This document shows positions 20,260 to 27,599 of a DNA stretch of 64,000 nucleotides, one piece after another. The stretch lies in the IMG/VR virus record IMGVR_UViG_3300027747_000967, positions 55,999 through 119,998 of that record. The stretch is one strand, 5' to 3'. This DNA is from a virus. The notes beneath the pieces were generated by a model. The model searched no databases and was not told where the DNA came from. It saw only the letters and a program-made list of their open reading frames with translations. Within the stretch, counting starts at the first letter, position 1, and each line of letters opens with the position of its first letter. A program made the position numbers and the translations under genes.

Positions 20260-21299
20260 TCCTCCGAATAATTTTCTGTATTCATAATTTCTGTTGTTGC
20301 CACTTTATAAGTCTTTTCAATGTATTCTTGGAAAGATTTCATCTTTAAAATTGGTAACCAAAATTCTTTAGTATTAGTATCTGCCATACGATATTTCTTA
20401 TCTTCTATAACTCCATCAGCATCAACTTTTGTATACCATCCGTTGGTTGGTTTGACTACATGGCCGCTATCTAAAGCAATATCAAGTAGACCAGACCATT
20501 TACTAATACCGCCATCAAAATTAACTGTAACAGGAATCTTAGACTTTTCTTTAACATATCTACTCTTTTCTACATTGATGATGAAATTATAACCAACAAT
20601 TTCTCCGCCTTCTTTTTCTTGTTGGCGCCCAATAATAAAAATATTATCCGCTGAATAATATGAACCTGTTCCACCACCAACAATATCTTTAGGGAACATA
20701 CCAATTTCTTTGTAGGTGTGGTTTACAACCACCATCGGAATATCTTTTAATGATAAATGTGGTGTCACCATTCTAAACAAGGACTTTGTTTGCTTTGCTC
20801 TTGACATATCAGCAACAGATTTTTGGTCCATTGCGTCCTCAACTTCTTTCTTTGATGCCAGGTTACCGATTGAATCTAATATAATGATTAGTTTATCACC
20901 ACGTTTGATTTCACTTAACTGCTTCATAATATCAAACTTTAATTCTTCAATATCAGTCAAAGGAGTATGTAACACTCTATCAGGATCAATTCCAAAAGAA
21001 GTAAAGTAAGCTTGAGGAGTACCAAACTCAGAATCATAAAATAAAAGTGCCGCATCAGGATACTGGTCAAGATATGATTTTGCCATTAACAATGAGAAAG
21101 CAGTCTTAAAGTGTTTTGAAGGACCTGCCCACATCGTAAGGCCTGGCGTTAAACCACCATCTAATTTACCGCTTAGTGCTACGTTAATCATTGGTACAGG
21201 AGTAGGAATCATATCTTTCTCCGTAAAAAACTTTGATTTTGAAAGAATGGCAGATTCGCCAATGGTTGTATTCTTTTTCAGTCTGTCTAATATGCTCAT
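20256..21299 (-). CDS. uvsX: RecA-like recombinase
   Basis: AGPSKHFKT, YDSEFG, DSIGNLASKKE, VNHTY. Confidence 0.97.
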   Translation of the reverse strand: MSILDRLKKNTTIGESAILSKSKFFTEKDMIPTPVPMINVALSGKLDGGLTPGLTMWAGPSKHFKTAFSLLMAKSYLDQYPDAALLFYDSEFGTPQAYFTSFGIDPDRVLHTPLTDIEELKFDIMKQLSEIKRGDKLIIILDSIGNLASKKEVEDAMDQKSVADMSRAKQTKSLFRMVTPHLSLKDIPMVVVNHTYKEIGMFPKDIVGGGTGSYYSADNIFIIGRQQEKEGGEIVGYNFIINVEKSRYVKEKSKIPVTVNFDGGISKWSGLLDIALDSGHVVKPTNGWYTKVDADGVIEDKKYRMADTNTKEFWLPILKMKSFQEYIEKTYKVATTEIMNTENYSEE

Positions 21300-21308
21300 A
21301 ATATTCCT

Positions 21309-22412
21309 TTAATTAAAAAAATCTTCTAACGAATTTACTTCTTCAGTTGTCCACTTCATACAATCTAAAATAACTTTAATTGGTTCAATAAATGCTTTGT
21401 CAAATTGTTTATCATAGTCAATATACTCCTGTAAATCAAATTCTTTTGGTAATCTTGATGGATAGGATATCACATCTGTTTTATAGTTATTAGGTAATTT
21501 GAGATATGTAAATTTGATTTTTTCTCCTTCTTGAATCAAAGGATATTTCTTTGTCAAACCTTTTTCTTTTAGATAATGATTATAAACAATGGCGCCTCTC
21601 ACATGAATTGGTGTGCCTGATTTGTAAGCACCATTTGCTTCTGAGTATTTATTCAAACCGTTTAGGCCTCTAGGAAAAGAAATATCTTCAGGTGGTAACT
21701 CACGAAATTCTTTTCTAAAGTTTTCAATAAAATCATGTATATCTTTTTGAGTACCATTCAACATTAACTTAATGGACTCTTTCATCTTTTCACGAATAGC
21801 GGATGGTGTAGAAGATTTAACCATCTCTAAACCCATCACTTTCATTTGAGGTTCTTTATACTCAACACCTTCGTTATTATAGATGTTCATAATGTATCGT
21901 TTCTTAGCAGTCCAGATTCCTTTGTTTGCCAACGCTTCACGTTTCATTTCCATCTTCTGCTGATAAGCTCTAGTATAGTCTGCCAACTCATGATAAGATT
22001 TATCAATAAATGGTTGAATCTTAGTCTCACAGACTTTATCCATGAACGAGATAATCTTTTTATCATCTTCTGTCTTTTCAGCAAAGACTTTTTTGACCAA
22101 CTCTCCAAGACGGAGATAAATTGAGTCAGTATCACTTGCAATAACATAATCTACTTCCTCCGTTTCTAATAGTTTGTTCATGTATTGATTTAATTTTGCT
22201 TCTATCCAACGAATGCTTAGTTGGCCTGCTGTCGTAACACCAAGAGCCATCCGTAAATCATAAAACCGAAAGTATTGAGAGCCGCATGCTCCGTAAAGAG
22301 AATTTAATCCGACTTTTTTAGCTAACTGTATATTATTATTTTTTGATATAGATTTCTTTAGATTATAGTACATTTCAATTAATTCGGTATCAGATAAATT
22401 TTTATAATCCAT
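21309..22412 (-). CDS. gp43: Family B DNA polymerase, C-terminal subunit (gp43B)
   Basis: QLAKKVGLNSLYGACG (motif B), SDTDS (motif C), KKRY, GLEMVKSSTP. Confidence 0.92.
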   Translation of the reverse strand: MDYKNLSDTELIEMYYNLKKSISKNNNIQLAKKVGLNSLYGACGSQYFRFYDLRMALGVTTAGQLSIRWIEAKLNQYMNKLLETEEVDYVIASDTDSIYLRLGELVKKVFAEKTEDDKKIISFMDKVCETKIQPFIDKSYHELADYTRAYQQKMEMKREALANKGIWTAKKRYIMNIYNNEGVEYKEPQMKVMGLEMVKSSTPSAIREKMKESIKLMLNGTQKDIHDFIENFRKEFRELPPEDISFPRGLNGLNKYSEANGAYKSGTPIHVRGAIVYNHYLKEKGLTKKYPLIQEGEKIKFTYLKLPNNYKTDVISYPSRLPKEFDLQEYIDYDKQFDKAFIEPIKVILDCMKWTTEEVNSLEDFFN

Positions 22413-23097
22413 TATTTAATTTTCCATAATATAATTCTACATCATTGTTTCTATATACTAAAGCTCTTGTAAGATTAGGATTCCTTTTACCATCTTTTCT
22501 GAACGGTTTCTGTTTTTTTAACCATTCGTTAAATTCTACATCACTCATATTAATATACTTTTCTTTTGTTTTCAACCTAGATTCACTAATTTTTTTGGTT
22601 TTTTCAGTTGAACAAGGAGATGATTTTCTATTTTTAGGATAATTTATTATTTTCATTCCTGTTTTTTTAACTCGCATTTTTTCAATACCATTTTTTATTG
22701 ACTCCTCAGAAGCTCCAAAATATTTTTTTCCAAACATATCATTTCTTATTTTTCCTTTTTTAGCTTCATACATTGCTAGTTTAGCTGAAGCAAATTGTTT
22801 AGATGTATAACTAACTTTTCTGTGGTTATCGCCACCAGTACCTAATACCATCATATGATATGCTTGTGCCATTTTTCTTGTTTTGTGATTATTGGTTCCA
22901 TATCTTTTTTTAAAAAGTTTCCATAAAAGGTGGTGTGCAATATAGTGTTCCCGTAAAGTTAACTTAACAATATTTTTATTTTTTCCGTAAATGGACTCTG
23001 GAAAAATATGATGGTTTTCATAATTTTTTCTTTCAAATATTACTGTTCTAGTTTTTGCTTTTCTACAAAGTTTTATATAATGTTTTATATAATTCAT
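22402..23097 (-). mobile_element. Free-standing HNH homing endonuclease between the gp43 halves
   Basis: YENHHIFP...NIVKLTLREHYIAHHLL (MobE-like HNH) followed by a basic NUMOD-like tail. Confidence 0.88.
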
Positions 23098-23127
23098 TTT
23101 TTTGTCCTTAGATTTGAATACCTTTAG

Positions 23128-23135
23128 TATTTATA
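23128..23135 (-). promoter_or_regulatory. Late promoter TATAAATA for the HNH gene
   Basis: Exact match in the 46-bp gap; AAGGA SD follows. Confidence 0.7.
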
Positions 23136-23143
23136 AATAAAGA

Positions 23144-24649
23144 CTATTCAACTCTAAGATTTCTTCTTTCTAATTCAGTTAAAATTAACTCCAATTGTTG
23201 TTTTTCCTTTAACATTATTTTTTTTGCATCTTGCCTTTCTTTAAACATTTTTTCAATTAAACTTGGCATAAATCCTTTAATATCGGTTCTGAAGAATTGT
23301 CCATTTGGCGTTAATGTTGCATTAACCAATCTAGAAGTCTCTACCTGTTTCATTAATAAACCGTCAAGTGATATACCATCAGATAAAATCTTACGCATTT
23401 CATCAGTATAGTTTTCAGGTTCAATTAAAGTTTCGGGACTTATATTGTATTGCATCATTAAACTTGGATATAGTGATGTTAAATCAAACGAAACAATCCA
23501 ATCATGTTTGCCTACTTGAACTTCTTTGACATATGCACCCTCAAACATACCGTCTTTTTCTTTATGTTCTTTTGGTGGAACAATGATTTTCTTATCCAAC
23601 AAATACGAATATGTGAGAGCGTCCCACATTCTTGTTTGTGCAAAGACATCTTCAAAGTTTGATTTTGTGTCGTATGCTAGTGTTACTGCTAATTCTAATA
23701 ATTTTAATTTTTCTTCAAGTTTTAGAATCAACATTACGTCTTTAATGTTATACTCAATAAATTTTTGGAAGTTTAGACGATATAACGCATGAAGATTGTC
23801 ATACTCATCATAAGATATTTTACCTTCACCCAACTCAACTTGAGCGATAGCATCCAAACGATAAGATTCTTGTGACTTACCGCCAGGAGCATACCATTTA
23901 TACAACTCAATATAATCTAATGATGCAAGACCCATCAAACTATATTCAATTAATGTTTTACCATTTACAAGTGTTTTTTTGTCACGAATATAATTCCATG
24001 GTGATAGTTTTTTTGCTTCATCTTCACCGAGAATCTTACGAAAACGATTTACAAGATAAGGTATATCGAAGAACTTTGTATTCCATCCTGTGATAATGTC
24101 TGGACACTTTTTAGACCACATTGTAAGAAACTTTTTACATAAAGTATATTCATCTTTACATTGTAAATAAATTTCATCACCTTGTGCATAGTATTCACCA
24201 CATCCAAACACTACGGTTTCGCCATTAAGATACTTTACACAAATAGCAGTAATAGGTTCATTGGCTTCGTATGGGTCAGGAAATCCATTCTCTGAACCTA
24301 CCTCAATATCTATTACGCCTATGAGAACTCTATCAAAATCATAATCAACTAATTTAGGATGCTGGTCAGCAATAAAGGCATACTCATAACGAGTTTGGCC
24401 ATACATTACAGGTGCACCAGGAAGTCCATCAAATTGTTTAATGTAATCTCTTGCTTCACGAATGTCTTGAAATTGTTTTCTATCTAATGGAAGGCCAGTG
24501 AGTGACTTATAAATTCCTTGTGGATTTTTTCTAGAAGGCAAAAAAAGAGAAGGCGCATAAGCAATCTTCTCTTTTACTCTCTTACCATTTTCTATTCCTC
24601 GGTAAAGAATATTATTACCGAGGACTTCTACGCTTGTATAAAAATTCAA
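23144..24649 (-). CDS. gp43: Family B DNA polymerase, N-terminal subunit (gp43A: exonuclease, motif A)
   Basis: IDIEV (Exo I), GWNTKFFDIPY (Exo II), YNIKDV (Exo III), SFDLTSLYP (motif A); ends in the fingers helix. Confidence 0.92.
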   Translation of the reverse strand: MNFYTSVEVLGNNILYRGIENGKRVKEKIAYAPSLFLPSRKNPQGIYKSLTGLPLDRKQFQDIREARDYIKQFDGLPGAPVMYGQTRYEYAFIADQHPKLVDYDFDRVLIGVIDIEVGSENGFPDPYEANEPITAICVKYLNGETVVFGCGEYYAQGDEIYLQCKDEYTLCKKFLTMWSKKCPDIITGWNTKFFDIPYLVNRFRKILGEDEAKKLSPWNYIRDKKTLVNGKTLIEYSLMGLASLDYIELYKWYAPGGKSQESYRLDAIAQVELGEGKISYDEYDNLHALYRLNFQKFIEYNIKDVMLILKLEEKLKLLELAVTLAYDTKSNFEDVFAQTRMWDALTYSYLLDKKIIVPPKEHKEKDGMFEGAYVKEVQVGKHDWIVSFDLTSLYPSLMMQYNISPETLIEPENYTDEMRKILSDGISLDGLLMKQVETSRLVNATLTPNGQFFRTDIKGFMPSLIEKMFKERQDAKKIMLKEKQQLELILTELERRNLRVE

Positions 24650-24651
24650 AA

Positions 24652-24960
24652 TTAACCTGTGATTAATTGTTTTGATGGAAGAACGATACCTGAACCAAAG
24701 ATTTGATTATAGTTATTTACAAAATCTTCTGCTGGTTCATAAGAGTATACTACATTCTTCTTAGCGATGGCAATAGTGGCACCTTTCTTTTGTGGTGCAT
24801 GAAGTGGAAATGGAGCAAAGCCAATGTTGGGTTGTCCGTCTTTACCACGAACTACAGCAATACCTACAGGGTTTGATAACACATATTCAGTTTCAGATTG
24901 TGATTCAATCTCACCTAAAACTTCTTCACCGTTAATTAATTTTAAGACTTGAATATTCAT
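24652..24960 (-). CDS. Small Sm-like-fold hypothetical protein
   Basis: KLINGEEVLG ... YNQIFGSGIVLP pattern common upstream of gene 43 in T4-like phages. Confidence 0.55.
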   Translation of the reverse strand: MNIQVLKLINGEEVLGEIESQSETEYVLSNPVGIAVVRGKDGQPNIGFAPFPLHAPQKKGATIAIAKKNVVYSYEPAEDFVNNYNQIFGSGIVLPSKQLITG

Positions 24961-24977
24961 AATTTTCCTTTGTTGAA

Positions 24978-25052
24978 TGGAGCGGATAGTCAGATTTGAA
25001 CTGACGACATTTTCGTTGGCAACGAAACATTCTACCCCTGAATTATACCCGC
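24978..25052 (-). tRNA. tRNA-Gly(GCC)
   Basis: GCGGGTA/TATCCGC acceptor, anticodon loop TTGCCAA, TTCAAAT T-loop, TCCA end. Confidence 0.92.
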
Positions 25053-25060
25053 ATGATACT

Positions 25061-25089
25061 ATTATATAATACTTATGAACGATTGTAAA
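25061..25089 (-). promoter_or_regulatory. Sigma70-like promoter for tRNA-Gly
   Basis: TTTACA-17-TATAAT. Confidence 0.65.
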
Positions 25090-25129
25090 GCACTATATAA
25101 TAATATACCACATTAAAAAAGAGAACAAA

Positions 25130-25411
25130 ATGAAAAAAACTATACTCAGTTTGTTATTTGTACCTATATTATCTTTTTCTCAAATCTCAGCACAAAAACC
25201 AGTCGCTTGTTTTCCAATGGATTATTTACAAAAAGAATTAAAAAAAGGCGAAGAAACACCTTTATTAATTTCAAAAAATAAAATGACCAACGAATCTACA
25301 ATCATTGTATTCAAAAATGAAAAAAATGGAACATGGACTATTATTGAATTCAAAGATGATTTTGGATGTGTTTTAGGTTTTGGTGTTGATAAAACAGGAA
25401 AATCTATTTAA
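25130..25411 (+). CDS. Small exported protein (signal peptide, two Cys)
   Basis: MKKTILSLLFVPILSFSQ leader; fills the gap between tRNA genes; the only credible plus-strand CDS. Confidence 0.7.
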   Translation: MKKTILSLLFVPILSFSQISAQKPVACFPMDYLQKELKKGEETPLLISKNKMTNESTIIVFKNEKNGTWTIIEFKDDFGCVLGFGVDKTGKSI

Positions 25412-25412
25412 T

Positions 25413-25486
25413 TGGTAGCGGGACCTGGATTTGCACCAAGAACTAAGGCTTATGAGGCCATTGTGATACTCTTTCACTATCCCGCA
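25413..25486 (-). tRNA. tRNA-Met(CAT), initiator-like
   Basis: Loop CTCATAA; unpaired U1:U72; T-loop TGCAAAT; ACCA end. Confidence 0.8.
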
Positions 25487-25496
25487 ATAGAAATTG

Positions 25497-25565
25497 TGGA
25501 GCGGTGTCTTTGAGTTGCACAAAGATAATTAAGAGGGAATCTCAATTTGTTCTCCAACCCACCGC
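25497..25565 (-). tRNA. Non-canonical tRNA-Gly(TCC)-like RNA
   Basis: 6-bp acceptor, 6-bp T-stem, 8-bp anticodon stem, 3-bp D-arm, U73-CCA. Confidence 0.6.
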
Positions 25566-25571
25566 ATATTC

Positions 25572-25715
25572 TTAATTTAATGTTATCTGCTCGATTTAGG
25601 GGTCTGGTGCTTCCATCCCATAGCGAATAAGCAGTTATCTCAGGACCTATTCCTCGCCAGTTAGACCCGAATAGTTAATACGTCTATTAACGATACCTTG
25701 ATAACACTAAATTAA
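25572..25715 (-). ncRNA. Structured RNA closed by a 16-bp stem
   Basis: TTAATTTAGTGTTATC/GATAACATTAAATTAA (G-U wobble only on the minus strand); internal GTTAATA/TATTAAC and GGGTCT/AGACCC helices. Confidence 0.65.
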
Positions 25716-25798
25716 AAATCCCGCTTACCGTTTGCGGGGTCATCATACCAGATTACTCGGTTCTATGACGGTCACAACTTGCTGTTTCTCAACAGTAG
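25711..25798 (-). ncRNA. Small promoter-proximal RNA with three hairpins
   Basis: CTGTT-GAGA-AACAG, GTCAT..ATGAC, CCCGC..GCGGG followed by ATTTTT. Confidence 0.45.
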
Positions 25799-25803
25799 AT
25801 ACT

Positions 25804-25832
25804 AGTATAACATTATATATATCAAAAGTCAA
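25804..25832 (-). promoter_or_regulatory. Sigma70-like promoter with extended -10
   Basis: TTGACT-17-TATACT with TG at the extended -10 position. Confidence 0.75.
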
Positions 25833-25851
25833 GCGACTTTTTGGTATACTT

Positions 25852-25929
25852 TGGAGCAACGGGTCAGATTTGAACTGACGGCTTTACGGCTTTGCAGGCC
25901 GTTGCATTTGACCACTCTGCCACCGTTGC
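25852..25929 (-). tRNA. tRNA-Cys(GCA)
   Basis: GCAACGG/CCGTTGC acceptor, loop CTGCAAA, U73-CCA. Confidence 0.92.
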
Positions 25930-25937
25930 ATAATGAA

Positions 25938-26044
25938 TTTGTAGTAGGCATGAACACAATCATATTAGTTTGCGCTTCGATATTTAACGCCACTTGCGTG
26001 GTTCCGCAACACCTTTTACATATCATCACGATAGTTACTACAAA
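25938..26044 (-). ncRNA. Stem-closed inter-tRNA RNA
   Basis: TTTGTAGTA/TACTACAAA terminal stem; internal TTGCG/CGCAA hairpin. Confidence 0.45.
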
Positions 26045-26046
26045 AC

Positions 26047-26122
26047 TGGTGCCCCATGTCCGACTCGAACAGACCACCTACTGATTACAAATCAGTTACT
26101 CTACCAGATGAGCTAATGGGGC
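26047..26122 (-). tRNA. tRNA-Thr(TGT)
   Basis: GCCCCAT/ATGGGGC acceptor, ACTGA-TTTGTAA-TCAGT anticodon arm, ACCA end. Confidence 0.93.
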
Positions 26123-26178
26123 AATTGTATCCTATTATATACAATAACTCAAATTAATGCACATAATAGGATACAATT
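26123..26178. repeat. Perfect 16-bp inverted repeat overlapping the 3' end of the small ORF
   Basis: aattgtatcctattat (26123-26138) / ataataggatacaatt (26163-26178). Confidence 0.9.
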
Positions 26179-26299
26179 TTTTAGATTTCTCTTTACGTCT
26201 TAAAGCTTTGTTACTTTTTTTATGACTACCCGCTTTACGAAACAATGCCAATTTGACAAGATAGTTTCGTTCTTTGGGAGTAGAATCTTTCTTTTTCAT
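26135..26299 (-). CDS. 54-aa basic protein, ArfA-like candidate
   Basis: AAGGAGAG SD; MKKKDSTPKERNYLVKLALFRKAGSHKKSNKALRRKEKSKKLYPIMCINLSYCI; below the ORF-track length cutoff. Confidence 0.65.
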   Translation of the reverse strand: MKKKDSTPKERNYLVKLALFRKAGSHKKSNKALRRKEKSKKLYPIMCINLSYCI

Positions 26300-26316
26300 C
26301 TTACTCTCCTTAAAAT

Positions 26317-26546
26317 TAGGACGGGCTACTTCCTGTCATAGAAGCCCCCGATTGGAATTCATCGTTAGCCATATTCCCGATATGTAATGGCAAACATTGT
26401 CAATTAATAAGGGTAATGTGACAACCCACTTGCGTAAGCAGAGCAAGATAACCCCCGATTTAAAGCTCGGCAACTTATGACAACTGATTGGCCGGCCCCA
26501 CTCATGGGATACCATTTAATCTAGGCTTTCTTCGTGCTATATCCTA
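26317..26546 (-). ncRNA. About 230-nt structured RNA or leader
   Basis: GC-enriched and ORF-free; TAGGAT/GTCCTA closing helix; AATCGGGGG twice; TGTCATA/TATGACA possible pseudoknot. Confidence 0.55.
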
Positions 26547-26557
26547 GAACCAAAACT

Positions 26558-26634
26558 TGGCGGTCTGTATCGGACTTGAACCGATGGTCTCCTCCGTGAC
26601 AGGGAGGCGATTTAACCAACTAATCTAACAAACC
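26558..26634 (-). tRNA. tRNA-Asp(GTC)
   Basis: CCTCC-CTGTCAC-GGAGG anticodon arm, G73-CCA. Confidence 0.93.
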
Positions 26635-26729
26635 ATATTGAAGCACACTATTGAGATTCCACTTTTCAAGTCAGGGTCCGGATGACCAAGCGCCGCTTCT
26701 CGCAGGTAGGGAATAATGTGCTTCAATAT
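26635..26729 (-). ncRNA. Stem-closed inter-tRNA RNA (18-bp stem)
   Basis: ATATTGAAGCACATTATT/AATAGTGTGCTTCAATAT (U-G wobble on the minus strand), exactly filling the Glu-Asp spacer. Confidence 0.6.
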
Positions 26730-26803
26730 GGCGCTCGGTACCAGATTCGAACTGGTGTGACCGCCGTGAAAGGGCGATATCCTAACCGCTAGATGAACCG
26801 AGC
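26729..26803 (-). tRNA. tRNA-Glu(TTC)
   Basis: GCTCGGT/ACCGAGC acceptor, loop CTTTCAC, G73-CCA. Confidence 0.93.
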
Positions 26804-26829
26804 ATATTTACAACATTTACAACATGAAT

Positions 26830-26841
26830 TTTTAAAGAACA
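26830..26841 (-). promoter_or_regulatory. boxA-like antitermination element
   Basis: TGTTCTTTAAAA versus rrn boxA TGCTCTTTAACA, between the promoter and the first tRNA. Confidence 0.6.
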
Positions 26842-26862
26842 GTTATTACTTAATATACAACC

Positions 26863-26890
26863 ATTATACATGAACCACCGAATAAGTCAA
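26863..26890 (-). promoter_or_regulatory. Sigma70-like promoter of the tRNA operon
   Basis: TTGACT-16-TATAAT. Confidence 0.75.
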
Positions 26891-26904
26891 TCATTATTTT
26901 ACTA

Positions 26905-26946
26905 CTGTTGTTTTTTTACTACAGATGTGTTGTATTTCTACAACAC
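26905..26946. repeat. Two 20-bp palindromic STGTTGT-N6-ACWACAS boxes (third copy at 27580-27599)
   Basis: ctgttgtttttttactacag and gtgttgtatttctacaacac. Confidence 0.7.
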
Positions 26947-27459
26947 TTATTGATATTGTTTCCAACCAATAGGTTCTTCCTCTATTGGGTCATCTGGATT
27001 ACAAATGCCTTCAAATACTTCCCATAATTTTTCTTGAACTACAAATTTACGAAATAAACCACCTTCCATTCCGTATGCTTCTATTTCCCAAGGTTGACTC
27101 CAATAATCCAAATCTTCTGCTACATGAGCACCTTTCCAACGAGTTAGGTTATCATTGGTTTCACTATAAGCGTATTGTTTAATGTGAACCATCTCATGGC
27201 CTAAAGATTTAAGAATATTTCTTCCACCAATCTTTGGATTCATTTCAATCAAAAAGTTTCTGGCTTTACCTAAATCTGTTCTTTCTTCAACGGAAGCATA
27301 TCCATAAACATCATCAATCTTTTTATTAAAGATAACTTTGATACAGATATTTTCCAACATTTTTGCGGTAAGTAATTCTTGCGCATAGAATAAAATAGCC
27401 CTTTTGACATAAGGACGGAATCGCTCTTTATCGGGACAACCAACTATACTTAACTTCAT
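26947..27459 (-). CDS. HExxH zincin-like metallopeptidase-domain protein
   Basis: LGHEMVHIKQY, PWEIEAY. Confidence 0.7.
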   Translation of the reverse strand: MKLSIVGCPDKERFRPYVKRAILFYAQELLTAKMLENICIKVIFNKKIDDVYGYASVEERTDLGKARNFLIEMNPKIGGRNILKSLGHEMVHIKQYAYSETNDNLTRWKGAHVAEDLDYWSQPWEIEAYGMEGGLFRKFVVQEKLWEVFEGICNPDDPIEEEPIGWKQYQ

Positions 27460-27536
27460 TTAGGTCTCTCCTTAGAAAATTGACCCAATAATTGGCATGA
27501 TACCGTTCTTACTCACACATGACTATTTATTGTATT

Positions 27537-27565
27537 ATTATACTCTGGTTTAAGAGTTTTGTCAA
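27537..27565 (-). promoter_or_regulatory. Consensus sigma70 promoter
   Basis: TTGACA-17-TATAAT. Confidence 0.85.
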
Positions 27566-27599
27566 GAAGATTTTGTAAACTGTTGTTTTTTTACAACAC

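Noticed and set aside
22402-23143. Group I intron in gene 43
   Set aside because: Only 46 nt are non-coding, no intron core is recognisable, and both halves have their own stop/start and helical ends.
25827-26084. ORFs 25829-26077 and 25851-26084
   Set aside because: They overlap tRNA-Cys and tRNA-Thr; shadow frames.
26317-26546. RNase P RNA or tmRNA
   Set aside because: GAAGAAAGCCTAG resembles the RNase P 5' motif but has no 3' P4 partner; no tRNA-Ala-like ends or tag frame for tmRNA.
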